Positions 25,761 through 39,250 of a stretch of 64,000 nucleotides of DNA are shown here, in pieces (position 1 is the first letter of the stretch; the number at the start of each line of letters is the position of its first letter). This DNA comes from Isurus oxyrinchus (Eukaryota): contig JANJGN010000026.1 of assembly GCA_026770705.1 (NCBI GenBank), positions 36,332,001 through 36,396,000 of the forward strand, given 5' to 3'. Below the pieces are notes generated by a model. It did not search any database, was not told where the DNA came from, and saw only the letters and a list, made by a program, of their open reading frames with translations. A program made the translations under genes and the position numbers.

Positions 25761-28250
25761 ATAGAAACATAGAAACTAGGAGCAGGAGTAGGCCATTTGG
25801 CACTTCGAGCCTCCTCCGCCATTCAATATGATCATGTCTGATCCTTTATCTCAAAGCCATATTCCTGCTTTCTCTCCAAACCTGATATCCAAAAATGTAT
25901 CAAATTCTTTGTTTTTCAAATATACTCAGTGGCCCGGCCTCCACAGTCTTTTTTGGTAGAGAATTCGACAGGTTGAACACCCTCTGGGTGAAGAAATATT
26001 TCCTCATCTCGGTCCTAAATGGCCTGCCCCTCATCCGGAGACAGTGGCCCCTGGTTCTAGACGCCTGAACCAGGGGAAATAGCCTCCCTGCATACAGTCT
26101 GTCTAGCTATGTTAGAATTTTTATACGTTTCAATCAGATACCCTCTCAATCTTGTAACCTCCATTGAATACAGACCAGGTTAAACAAATCTCTCCTCCAA
26201 CTACTGTCCTGCCTTCCCCAGTATCAGCTTAGTGAATCTTCGCTGCACTCCTTTGAGGTGAAGTATATCCTTTCTTAAGTAGGGAGACCAAAACTGCACG
26301 CAGTACTCCAGGTGTGATCTCACCAAGGCCTTGTATAACTGTCGTAAGACATCCCCACTTCTGAACTCAAATCCTCTTGCAATAAATGCCAACATACCAT
26401 TTGCCTTCCTAATTGCTTGCTGCACCTGCCTGCTTACTTTCATTAACTGGTGTGCAAGAGCACCCAGATCCCTTTCTACATCCGCATCTCCCGATATATC
26501 ACCATTTTAGTAATACTCTGCCTTTCTGTTTTTCACACTGAAGTGTATAACTTCACATTTATCCACGTTATACTGCATCTGCAATGTGTTTGCCCACACA
26601 CACGCAACTTGTCTAAATCTCCCTGAAGCCTCCTTGCATCCTCCTCACAACTCAGAGCCCTGCCCAGATTTGTGCCGTCAGCAAACTTAGAAATATTGCA
26701 TTTGGTTGCCTCATCCAAGTTATTTAGATATATCGTGAATAGCTGGGGCCCAAGAACTGATCCCTGCGGTACACCACTAGTGCGGCACACCATTAGTCAC
26801 CTCTTGCCACCTGGAAAAAGGCCCATTTATTCCCAATCTCCGTTTCTGGTCTGTCAACCAATTCTCAATCCAGGCCAGTATATTATCCCGAATCCCATGT
26901 ACTTAAATTTTGCAGACTAGCATCTTATGTGGGACCTTATGACAAGTTATCTTGAATTACAAATACACCACATCCACTGGTTCTCCCTTAACTATTCTAC
27001 AAGTTGCGTCCTCAAAAACTCCAGTAGATTAGTTAAGCACGATTTCACTTTCATAAATCCATGCTGACTTTATCTAATTCGTTAGTGCTTTCCAGATGTT
27101 CTGTTACCACATATTTTCTAATAGATTCTAGATTTTCTCCACTATTGATGTGCGGCTAATTAGCCTGTAATTCTCTGTCTTTTCCCTCTCTCCTTTTTTA
27201 AATAGTGGGGTTACATTTGCCACCCTCCAATCTGTAAGAAATGCTTCAGTGTCTACAGAATTTTGGAAGTTGCCCACCAATGCATCCAGCATTTCCAGGG
27301 CCAATTCCTTTAGTTCTCCGGGGTGATATTATCTAGCCCTGGGGATTTTTCAGCCTTTAACCCCATTCATTTCTCACGCACAACATTTTTACTAATACTA
27401 CTTTTCTTCAATTCCTCCATCTCACTGGACCCTTGTTTCCCTAACATTTCTGGGAAATTAGTTGTATTCTCTTTTGTAAAAGCTTTTACAGTCAGTTGTT
27501 ATGTTCCCTGCAAGTTTACTCTCATGCTCCATTTTTCCCTTCTTGGTCAACCTTTTTCTCCACTTTTGCTGAATTCTAAACTGCTCCCAATCCTCAAGCT
27601 TTCTGCTTTTTATGACAAATATATATGTCTCTTCTTTGGATCCTTCATTTGTCTTGTAAGCCATGGTTGAACTACAGTTATCATTTTGCGACAGAGAGGA
27701 ATGAATAATTGTTATAATTCATGCATACGCTCCTTAAATATTAGCAATTGCCTATCCACTGTCAACACTTTCAGTTAGGTTCCTCAATCCATCCTTGCCA
27801 ACTCGAACCTCGTACTCACACAGTTCCCTTTATTTAGATTCAGGACCCTAGTTTAGGATTCAACTTCTTCACTCTCCATCATACTGAGCAATTCCATCAT
27901 TTTATGGCCGCTCTTCCCCCAGAGACCCCACACAGCAAGATTGTTAATTAATCCTTTCTCATTGCACAATGCCCAGTCTAGGAAAGCCTGCTCTCTAGTT
28001 GGTTCCTGAACGTATTAATCGAAAAACCAGCACGTACATACTCCAGGAAACGCTCCTCCACAGTATTATTACTAGTTTGGCTTGTCAAATCTATATACAG
28101 ATTAAAGTCACCCATGATTACAGCTGCACCCTTATTTCATTTTCTCTAATTTCCTGATTAATGCATTCTCTTACAATCCCATTACTGTTTAGGGGCCTAT
28201 AGACAACCCCCGCCAACGTTTTCGGAGGCTTGGTGTTTCTTATCTCTACA
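25761..28250 (-). mobile_element. CR1 LINE (RT plus part of the endonuclease)
   Basis: SGVPQGSVLGPQLFTIYLNNLD, ISKFADGT, LYKALVRSHLEYCVQFWSPY; (catagaaa)n tail at 25760. Confidence 0.9.
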
Positions 28251-28257
28251 TAGGGAC

Positions 28258-28390
28258 TGCAGACTGACGTCAAACGGACTGGTGACTGACGTCACAAGAA
28301 TGCCACCGACTGACGTCACAGAGGAAGCGGGCTTCGGTCAAGCGGACTTCAGACTGATGTCACATAGACTGCTGACTGATGACACACAGG
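28258..28390. promoter_or_regulatory. Tandem GACTGACGTCA (CRE) array; left part at 25748-25764, split by the CR1
   Basis: TGACGTCA at 25752, 28265, 28287 and 28311; variants TGATGTCA at 28355 and TGATGACA at 28377. Confidence 0.55.
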
Positions 28391-29379
28391 CAACAAATTG
28401 CACTGCTAGCATCAGGGGTCATGGGAGTGAGTAGGCTGGGGATTGTGACGGTAATGGGAAAGATAAGGACAATCGAGCAGAAAGAGTAGTTATGCAGATC
28501 GGAATGAAAAGGGATGCATACACAGAGATAACAGAAATAAACATAATGTTTCTGATAAAATAAAACAACAAATTCTGGAAGAGAATCATTGCAGAAATTG
28601 AATGAAAGAAAGATCTGAGCAAGACTAATGGGGGCTCCTGTGGGTGCATCCATTCAATGTTTCCATTGCCTCAATGGTGAAATGTTTGGTCAATGGTGTT
28701 GCTCAGCTGAGTAAGGCCTGCTCCATAGATCAGCATTATGCCTGTTCTAAATGTTTACTAAGGGTTCTGCTGACTATTTCCTCATTAGGAAGGTCGCTGC
28801 TGCTGTGAAGTCAGGGTAACGGAATTGGCATTGTTCTGTGGAACACAAGTGGACAATGAGGGACTGAATGTGCTCAGTGTGACTGAGGTAAAGTGATGTA
28901 GACTGATATAGAACTAAAGGTACTAACACTGACTGAGGCTCAAGGACATAAAGACACAGGTTTCAGCAGGAAAACTGCTTGGACATTTGGGGGTTGTAAT
29001 GGGAAGGAGGAAGATAGGGAGAAGCAAGCAGAACCGATGTGGAAAATTAGCCGAAAGAGAGGAATAATGAGACAGGTAAAAGGGAAACAAAAAGCAGGTT
29101 GAAATAAAATAAAGTTTTGAAACTGGCACATGGAAGAGATTGAATGAAAGGAAATATGAACAATATTTCTGAGTAGGTAAGTGAGACACGCCCTGGTGTA
29201 TTAGCTCATTGCCAGTCTGCATTTAAAGAGTCGAACTCTGTTTATATTACAAGAGGCCCTATCACAGTTATTACTGCATTAGGACATGTCCGTGTTTATA
29301 TTTCACTAGGTCCTGTAAATTTAACCGAAGTAGGGAAATACTAAGTTAAGGCTGAAAGTGAAGGGTTTATGAGTGTGTG

Positions 29380-30020
29380 TAAATATGTCTTTGAAGTTAC
29401 AATGTTAAGAAAGAACCTAAAGAGTGTTCGTGGTCCTTGTCTTTATTTTTTAAATAGAAGCATCGCGTACAAAGGCAAGGGAGTGCTGCTCGCCATCACA
29501 GAATACTCATTAGGCACCAAACGTTTTGTTAAATATTCGGCATTACATTTTAAAGAAGAGAGAAAGGCCTTTCAGATGGATCAGAAGAGATTCATTAGAT
29601 TGATACCAAAGATGAAATAATTGACTTCTGCGGAGAGATCAAATAAATGTTGATCTTCTTGCAGCTTTGGGGTTTAAGTGGTAATATGACAGTAATGCTC
29701 AAATACATGAAGTCATTTGGGACAGAGGGTGGAAAACCGAACAGACACATTGAAAGCAATTTGCAACAGCACCAAAATCGGCACAAGAGAAAGCGATGAC
29801 CAGGAATGCTCTGTCTCAAAAGGCGGAGCAAGCCGACTCAATAGGATTGTTTAAAAGTCAATTGGATAAATCAATGATGTGCAAACATTTGCATGATTAA
29901 AAGAGAATTGCACGAGAACTGAACCGATTTTTTTAGCTCTTTCAACAATCTGGCACACATGATGAGCTGAAAGGCCTTTCATGTGTTGTATTATGTGCTG
30001 CACTATTTTCTGATTCTATG
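29380..30020 (+). mobile_element. CR1 LINE 3' fragment, old
   Basis: FLNRSIAYKGKGV...QKRFIRLIPKMK; tail tgattctatg. Confidence 0.6.
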
Positions 30021-30059
30021 ATGAGACGATCAACTCTTTAAATTACCTTAAGCCTCTTT

Positions 30060-31085
30060 GCATTTGTTACTGCACTCGCTCTTTCTCAGTTAATATGATG
30101 CTAGTCCCTGTCTCAGTTATTATGAAACAATACCATGACCACGCTGTTAAATTGCATTAGAAACCGTATCTGCTTAATTAAGCTGCACAAAATTCTGCTT
30201 ATTCCACATGAGACTATGTATCTACTTATATTACATAAGCTTCCGTCTCAATTATGACTGCAGTAAACCACAGCACTGAATTTGCTGCACGGGACCATGT
30301 CCATTTTTTATTATATAATGCAACTTCTTCTGTTACATTAGACTCTGTTTTTATTTATATTAAACTCGACCATTTATTTGACTGTGCCATTTTTGACCAT
30401 GTCTCTCTTTATATTAGACTAGACCACGTCGCTGTTTATATTACACTATAACCTGTTTGTTTATATTACACTCGACCCCGCTTCTGTTTCTATTAAACTA
30501 TATTCCACCTCTTGTCTGTATTACACTAGGCTTTATCCCTGTTTGTAATATGCAAGGCCCTCTCTCTCTTAAATTGCACTAAACCCTGTCTTTGTTTATG
30601 TTGAACTGGACCACGTCTCTGTTAGTATTATACTAAACCCTATAACTGTTTGTATTATACTAGGTCAAGTCTCAGTTTATATTCCAGCAAGCTTAGTTGT
30701 TTTTGCATCTGTCTATATGCTTTTATATTAACCTACACCCTACCGTGGTTATTACTGCAGCAGGACTTGTCTCAGTTTGCAGGACTTTCGTTCATGTTTC
30801 AGTTAACCTGACACTGGGACACGCTACGTCTCTTTCTTTTATATTTCACTTGATCTTGCATCCATTTTTATTATATACGACATTGTTTTTATTCATAATA
30901 AACTGGAAAATGCGTTTGTTCATATCCCATGAATGTCTTAGCCATTACTAGACGAGACACTGCCTCTGTTTAAATCATAACGCTGGAATTTCTGATTTTC
31001 ATTTAATAACAGGCCCTGCTGCTGCTTGGCTGTATCAGTTTATATCACTCGAGGCAATTTCTCATGTGTAACTGGACTAGGCTAT
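30060..31085 (+). repeat. Degenerate 27-bp minisatellite
   Basis: Unit ~ctcagtttatattacactagaccctgt; same family as 62240-62370 and 63030-64000, reverse copy at ~51500-51700. Confidence 0.75.
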
Positions 31086-31094
31086 GCCTCTGCT

Positions 31095-33440
31095 GGCCCA
31101 TCGAGTCTGCTCCGACAGTCAACAAGATTATGGCTGATCTGATAATCATCAACTCCAATGTCCTGCTTATTCCTCACAACTCTTGATTTCTTGACAGGTT
31201 AAAGATCTCTCCACCTCAGCTTTGAACATATCTAACGGCCCAGCCTCTACAGGCTTCTGTGGTGATTAAGTCCACAGATTCGCTACCCTCTGACAGAAGA
31301 AATTGCTCCTCATCTCTGTCTCAAATGGCGACTCCTTACTCTGAGATTGTGACCGCTGGTCCTGGTCTCCCACAATGGGAAACAACCTCTCAGCATCTAC
31401 CCTGTCAAAGCCCCCTCAGGATCTTACATGTTTCAATAAGGTCGCCTCTCGTTCTTCTAAACTCCAATGAGTACAGGCCCAATCTACTCAACCTCTCCTC
31501 ATAAGAAAATCCCTCCATCCCCGGGATCAACCTAGTGAGCCTTCTTTGGACTGACTCAAAAGCCAATATATCTTTCGTCAGATAAGGGAACCAAAACTAT
31601 TCACAATGTTCCAGGTATGGTCTAATTAGTGCCTTGTATAATTTAAGCAAGACTTCCCTGTTTTTATACTCCATTCCTTTGAAATGAATTCAAATATTCC
31701 ATTTGCCTTCCCTATTACCTGCTGAACTTGAATGCTAGCTTTTTGTGATTTGTGCACGAAAGCCACCAGAACCCACTGTGCTGCAGCTTTCAGCGGTCTT
31801 TCTCCATTTAAATAATATTCAGCTCCTCTATTCTTCCTGTCAAAGTGCATAACCTGACATTTTCCCACATTATATTCCATCTGCCAAGTCTTTGCCCACT
31901 CACTTAACCTGTCGCTATCCATTTGTAGACTCTTTGTGTCACCTCACCACCTGCCTTCCCACCTATTTCTGTGCCATCCACAAACCTGGCGATAGTACAT
32001 TCACTTCCTCCTCCAAACCATTAATATATATTGTAAATAATAGTGGCCACAGCACTGATCCCTCTGGCACTCCACTAGTTACAGTTTGCCATCAACAAAA
32101 TGCGCCTCTTATTCCAAATCTGTCTTCTATTAGTTAGTCAATCTCTATCCATGCTAACATACTACCCACAATCCCATGGGCTCTTAACTTATTAAGTAAC
32201 CTTATGCGTGGTACCTTAAGAAAATCCAAATATATTACACCTGCTGGTTGTCCTTTATCTATCCTGCTTGTTACCTCTTCAAAGAATTCTAATAAATTTG
32301 TCAGGCATGATTTCCCTTTCATGAAGCCTTGCTAACTCAGCTTGATTATGCACCTTTAAATCCTCTGAGCATCACTTATGATAGACTTTAACATTTCCCC
32401 AATGGTGAATGTTAAGCTAACTGGCCTGTGGTTAAATGTTTATTGTCTCCCTCCCTTTTTGAACAAGGGCGTTACATTGACAGTTTTCCAATCCTCTGGG
32501 ACTTCTCTGGGATCTAAGGATTTTTGGGAGATCAAAGGATTCTTGGAAGACCAGTGCGTCCACTATCTCTGCAGCTATTTCATTTAATATCCTAGGATGC
32601 AACTCATCACATTCAGGGGGGCAACAGCATTTCGGCCCATTAGTTTCCTTAGCACTTTTCTCTGGTGATAATGATTGTATTTATTTCCTCCCCCCTCCCC
32701 GCCATTTTGCCCTTGATAATTTCATACCTTTGGAATGTTATTAGTGCCTTTTACCGTGAAGACTGATGCAAAGTATTTATTAAACTCCTCTGCCATTCCC
32801 TGGCTCCCCATTATAATTTCCAGAGCCTCATTCTCTAACGGGCCTAGTTTCACTTTGGCCTTTTCCTATTTCAAGTTCCTCTCCAGCCCTGAGGAGATGT
32901 CCTTAACCCTGGCACCTCGCAGACAACACAGCCTTCGGGACTCACGCTCACGGATGCAGAGAACAGCATCTATCCCCCTAATTAAACTGTTTCCTACCAC
33001 TGCATTCAATTTTTTCCCACCATTTTAATGTTTCCCTCTACCACGGTGCCGTGGCCAGTTCCCCCATCCTCCCTGCAGCCCCTGCTCTCGTCCACACAGC
33101 TTGTAAGAGCCTCGTGACTCTTGAACAATTGCAGGGGCCGAGGTTCCTCGAACGCTACCCCCTGGGTCCACACAGCTGCCTCACCTGCAGTCACAAACTC
33201 CTGTCCTTGATCACAGACCAGATTGGAATTACCTAATCTCATGTGGTGTGACCAACTCCCAGAGTAAAGTGTCCAGTTAGCTCTCCCCCTCTCTGATGTG
33301 GCACAATTTCTGCAGCTTGGATTCCAGCTCCTCAACTTGGATTCGAAATTCCTGGAACTCTCGAACATTTAATACAGATGTGCTCGCTTTGAATCAATTT
33401 GGTGTCCAGCAGCTCCCACATGCTGCAGCAGCAGCAGCAC
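31095..33440 (-). mobile_element. CR1 LINE with RT and ORF1 remnants
   Basis: KGKSCLTNLLEFFEEVT...VIYLDF, DRLSEWAKTWQMEYNVGKC, and ORF1-like sequence at 32880-33430. Confidence 0.85.
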
Positions 33441-33589
33441 ATTACCTGCCCTGCGATCAATATTGTATTTTATTTAATTTATTAAACAATTACTCTGGTA
33501 TCCCCGCTCTTTTCACTTGAAGAATCCCCCGCTCTTTACATTCTTTTGGAATTAATTTTGTGGGGTGGAGTGCTGCTGAGAATGAAAAA

Positions 33590-33653
33590 TGAAAGATAGA
33601 AAGAAAGGAAGGAAAAGGGAAGGAGGGGAGGAGGGAAGGAGGGGAGGAAGAAA

Positions 33654-33691
<38 letters not shown>

Positions 33692-33692
33692 A
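33590..33692. repeat. Purine-rich (GAAA)n/(GGA)n tract
   Basis: Directly visible. Confidence 0.9.
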
Positions 33693-34086
33693 ACAATTCA
33701 CAAACAACAATGGGATAAAATAGTTTTTTGTGGGGTTAATTGAGTGATAAATATTGGGAAAACCTCTCTGGGTTCTCTCTATGATCGTAACCAGGGGATG
33801 ATTTGTGTTCCATCTCAGAGGACAGTCGTGGATTCAGTTCAGAGTTTGATCAGGGAAGACATCACCTCCGGCAGTGTAGCACTCCTTCAGTACAGGAAAG
33901 TCTGGGCGCTCAGCACTGGGGATGGGCCTTGCACCTCTGGAGTGTGGGGCTTGAGCCTTGGACTTTCCGATTCGGCTACGAGAGATAAAGTGGCACACAC
34001 CAAAACACTCTAATGGAGAGGAAAGAATATGAGACGGAGACAGAAGATGAACCTTAAAGGGAGGATACAAATATTTTATTGCTCTT

Positions 34087-36718
34087 TCACCAATTAAATG
34101 AAGCAGTGAAGGTGGCGGAAGGGCACTTCAGCATATTCTTCAACTGCTCTCCGAACTTGGTCTGGGTCACTGCATAGATGAAAACATTGGTGCAGGAGCT
34201 GAGAAGCTGGAGCATGTTGGTTGTCTCTTGAAGGATGAATTGCGGGTCATTGAAATCCAGGCCAGTGAAATATGCCTCACCTGTAATCTGCACGTAGATG
34301 AAATGTCCGACATAGGTGACCCACAGGAGGAGAAAGTTGAGGGAGATGACGAAGAGCAGGACAATGGACCTTTTACAGTTGTCCATCTCTGGATCTCTGT
34401 GACTCTCAACTCCCCAGAGCCTCCTGCGAGCTCTGCTGGCCGCTAAAATGTGCCTTACGGTCAGTGCATTGAGCAGCAGAATGAGGAGGAACGGGAGGAA
34501 GGGGGTTAAGATGCGGTCAAGCCAGTCATAGACCTGCCAGATGGGCAATGTGTAATAGGTGGACTTGATGTTGCAGAACTAGGGCACCCCGTCCAGAATA
34601 TACAAGGGCTGGTAGCTGAAGTAGAAAGGGACGCTCTTGACACAGCTCAGGGCACTGACCAGTCCTATAACCAGTGACGCAGTTTTCTCACTGCAGTATC
34701 TGGCCTTCAGGCTCTGACAGCAGATGGCCACGAAACGGTCGATGGTGAAGGTGACCATCAGCCAGACTGAGCCATCTCGTGTGGCATGGACGAGCATGGT
34801 GCTGACAGCGCACCCTGGGGTGGTGAAGAGGACACTCTCATGAAAGTAGATGCCACTGATCCAGTTGAATGTGACAGCGGTGATGGTGACCAGGAAATCT
34901 GTCACCACTATCACCACCAGGTAATAGGAGATGCATTGGGAGAGCCCGCACCGGCCACGGGATAAGATTATGATCGCCACCATGTTGACTGTGAGGGAGG
35001 AAAAGAGAGATATGTTACCGAGCTAACTCCAAACACCAGCTGCTACCTCATGCAACTTGTTAATAAAAAACCGTCCTCACCCGTGCCTGTGCCACCTCCT
35101 GACTCCAACCATTCCAAAGCCGTAACTGCTTGTTTGGCATCCAATTCTGGATAAGTGCATATTTGATACAATTAAACATTTGAGAATCAGAAGACATTGC
35201 CTTCAATCCCCACTAAAAACTCTGTTCTCTCACCACTGAGTCCATCCACCGAGACTTGAGGCCCTTTACAATCTTGGCGACCTGTTTGAGCCAGAGCTGC
35301 ACTTCCAAACGTCCTCCGCCCTATGATGATCATCTTGCACCAAGACTGGTCACTTCCACATTTCTAATATCGACCACAATATCACACGTCTCAAAACTTG
35401 CCTTCGGTTAGCAGCTGCTCAAGGTTTCCCATACATTTGTAACATCTAGATGCCAACAATTGGAATAGTCTCTTGGCGTTCTCCCACTTTAGGTCATCAG
35501 TGATTTTAAACTCATCTGAAGCACTTGGTGGGGATATTCCTATTCACAGGAAGTCCCAATCATCCACCAGCCCTATGTTCGCCCACTTACATTGGCTCCC
35601 AGCCTGGCAACACCTTGAATTTAGTATCCTCATCCTTGCTTTCAAATCCACCCATAGCCTCGTCATTACTTACTCCAGTAACCCTCTAAAATCGTTTTGC
35701 TCACAGCCAATATCTATAATCTTGTGTACCCCAGAAATTAAATGTTCCACTGGCGGCGAAGTTGCCTTTTGCTGCCGTGGCCTTAATGTCTGGATATCCC
35801 TCCCTCAAATCCTTCGCCTTTCTTTCTTTCTACCAGACGATTCTCAAATCCTACTCATTCGATGAAGCTTTTGGTTATCGGTCCTCATTTCTCCTTATGT
35901 AGTTGATATCAAATTTTGTTTGTTAAATCTGCTGCGAAGCACCTTACCTCACCACACGGTCTACAGTGGTTGAAGTAAAAGCTCAACTCTAATTTCTCAA
36001 GTGGAAACGAGCGATGGGCAATAAATTTTGACCTTGCCAACGACAGCAATAAATAAATATTATATTCTACTGCATAATAATAAATGAAAAATACTACTTC
36101 CTTCCAGAGGTGGCACTGCTGATTCCTGCAATTAATGAGTGTACATTTGATATCACAATGCATCTAATGTAATTATTGCACTGTAAAGAATCAGTGTAAA
36201 TCATTGTAATAAAATAAATGCACGACAATGATGTTTAATACTCTGTGATACGCCATTGCTCCATACAATGTTAAAAACGCTATAATGCATTTTATTACAT
36301 TGGAATGAAAGCTAATGTTTAACAATGTAACGTAATACTGTCCATACATTTTCATACATTATACTTCATAATTCAGCAACCCAACGGACGCTGTTTCTAT
36401 AAACTTGCACCATAGATCATTAAATAATATCTTGCGCTGTTACATCATGCAAGTGGAATTCATAAACTATAAGTCACCGTAATGCAGTACAATATCATAT
36501 ACTGCACCTCTATACAGGAATACAGTTCACGTTCCTTAAACTCAAACAGCGCTGAATATTAAAAAAAAGCCCCTTCCCGAAATCTAAGGCACAAGTGTTC
36601 TGGCGACTTAAAAGAAAGTAAATAATTAATTTGGAGTCTATAACTTACCCGGGACACTAATAACAGCGAGAACAGGATAGTAAATAGCATAGACAGGTCC
36701 ATTCGCTGGCCCGTGCAT
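34087..36718 (-). pseudogene. Two-exon class A GPCR, GPR139/GPR142-like, with one in-frame nonsense codon
   Basis: Exon 1 36649-36718 encodes MHGPANGPVYAIYYPVLAVISVP, donor gtaagt. Exon 2 34087-34988 encodes VNMVAIIILSRGRCGLS...TIDRFVAICC...LSSCTNVFIYAVTQTKF. TAG at 34579-34581 (GVP*FC) and the frame continues unchanged. Confidence 0.88.
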
Positions 36719-37199
36719 CTCCTTTCACAAACTAAGGGAATTCTGCAAGCTGTGAACCTTAGCTCTGAGACGCTTTCAACTTATACTGGCTGAAACTCTC
36801 AAAGGGACAATTAGGTTAGAACATGCACCTTAGTTACAGTTCAGTGAACAAACAGAAGGACTCACGGTTTCATGCCTTCCATTTGTAACACCGGCCAAGT
36901 GGATGGTTCCATATCTTTTTGGGCGAGCTGCTGGTTGCCAATTCTGCGGCACAACTACCTCTCCTTCCCGCCAAACCATTTCTTGGAGTCCTCATTAAGC
37001 AGCCAATAATTATAGATATGGTCCATAGACCCGATCTCTAAGCTAAAACTGTTTCTTCCCATCTCTACTATGTTCCCAAATAGTTTGTGTTTTTAAGAGT
37101 CAGGTTAGATCGTGTGTTTGATTGATTGGTAAGTATTTTGGTTCTTAATCATTTAGTGCAATCAAATCATTAAATTGACTTATCGCTGAACAATTTTAG

Positions 37200-38000
37200 A
37201 GAGACTGCCCTTGATATCAAGGCAGCATTTGCCCGAGTGTGGCAACAAGGAGCCCAAGCAAATCTGCAATCAGTGGGCATCAGGGGAAAAAGTCTCCGAA
37301 GGTTGGAGTCATACTTAGCACAAAGGAAGGTGGTTATGGCTGTTGCAGGTAAGTCATCACAGCTCCAGGACAGTACTGCAGGTGTTCCTCAGGGTAGTGG
37401 CCTAGGCCCAACCATCTTCAGCTGCTTCATAAATTACCTTCCTTTCATCATAAGGTAAGAAGTGGGGTTCTGTTGAAGGGTCATGAGGACTCGAAACATC
37501 AACTCTTTTCTTCTCCGCCGATGCTGCCAAACCTGCTGAGTTTTTCCAGGTAATTCTGTTTTTGAAGTGGGGATATTGGCTGATGATTGCACCATGTTCA
37601 GCATCATTCGTGACTCCTCAGATACTGGAGCAGTCCATGTCCAAATGCAGTAATGCCTGGACAATATCCAGGCTTGGGCTGACAAGTGGCAAATAACAGG
37701 CAATGACAATCTCCAACAAGAGAGAATCCAACCATCATCTCCTTGATGTTCAATATCATTACTATCACTGAATCCCCACTATCAACATCCTGGGGGGCTA
37801 CTATTGATCAAAAACTGAGCTGAACTAGCCATACAAATACAGTGGCAACAAGAGCAGGTCAGAGGCTAGGACTTGTGCGATGAGTAACTCACCTCTGGAC
37901 TCCCCAAAGCTTGTACACCAACTAAAAGGCACAAGTCAGGAGTGTGGTGGAACACTCTCCTCTTGCCTGGATGAATGCAGCTCCCACAACACTCAAAAAG
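37200..38000 (+). mobile_element. CR1/L2-group LINE RT fragment containing a nested short repeat (37462-37563)
   Basis: ALDIKAAF.RVWQQG...AGVPQGSGLGPTIFSCFINYLP. Confidence 0.8.
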
Positions 38001-38459
38001 GATAGGTGGGATGCAGATTTCAGGTTAATATCAGATCATCCATGATCTTATTAAATGGTGCGACATGCTCGAGGAACTGAATGGCCTACTCCTGCTCCTT
38101 TTTGTACTCTCGTATCTTCGAATGGTCCAGTGCAGTCATAACTGAGATAAGGTCATCAGGTCAAGGGCAGTGATCACTGAAACAGGGTAAAGTGGCCATC
38201 TCACATTTTAAAGTTGCTCTGCCATTCAGTAATATCGTGGCTGATTTCCAAATTCAACGTCACATTCCCGCACTCTCCCCATATCCCCTGATCCTTTTAG
38301 TATCCAAAAGCCTATCGAATATTGTCTTGCATACACACATGAACACCCACCGCTCTCTGAGTTACAGAATACCACAGATTCACAACAATAGTTCTACTGC
38401 AGATCCTTTTTCCTTCTCCGTTCTAATGGATGACTCTTTATTCTGAAGCTGTGATCCCG

Positions 38460-39250
38460 AGTCAAGTGGCAAGTAAATGCAGAAAAGTATGATCTGATTC
38501 ATCTTAGTACTAAAAGTGAAAAGAAGCAATATGAAATTAAGGGTTCAGTTGCAAAGGGGATGTAGGAGTAGAGGAGCCTTTGGGTCTATGTGCATAAATA
38601 ATTGAATAGCGCAGGGCAGATTGAGAAAACGATTACTAAATATACAGCATGCCAGTCTTTATAAATAGGGTATAAAGGATGCAAACAAGGGAATTATGAC
38701 AAATCTGTGCAAAAGACTTGGCCTCAGCTGGAGTATTATGTGTCGTTTTGGCCATCGCACTTTCGGGTGGAAGTGAAGGCATGAGAGCTGGTGCAGAAAA
38801 GGCTCATGGGAATGATTCCAATGAAAATTAATGTAAGTTACGTGGATGGTTGGTCTCTGTGGAGAGGGGAACATTAAGTGGAGATTTGATAGACATGTTA
38901 GGGATGTGCAAAATGATGTGGGAAATGAACAACATATATAGGGAAGGATTGAGAATGAAAGGGCTGTGATACAAGGCGATTGGCAAAAGATGCAACGGCG
39001 ACATGATGGAAATCTTTTCCCATGGACTGAGTAATTCACATCTGAAATGCACATCCTGAGTGTGTGGTGGCAGCAAGTCCAATCGTGGTTTTCAATAGGG
39101 AATCAAATAATAACCTGAAGAGCAAAGCATTGCGGAGCCACAGAGAGAAGACGGATAGTGGGACTGGGAGAGCTGCATTTGAAATGGGCTAGCACGGACA
39201 TTACGGGGTGAATGACCTCTATCTGAGATATAATCATGCGACGATTCAGT
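38460..39250 (+). mobile_element. CR1 LINE 3' fragment
   Basis: KWQV.AEKYDLIHL...PQLEYYVSFWP remnants and CR1 tail. Confidence 0.65.

Noticed and set aside
36102-36117. Additional CTCF site (also ~11329-11344)
   Set aside because: Mismatches or spacing defects in the core motif.
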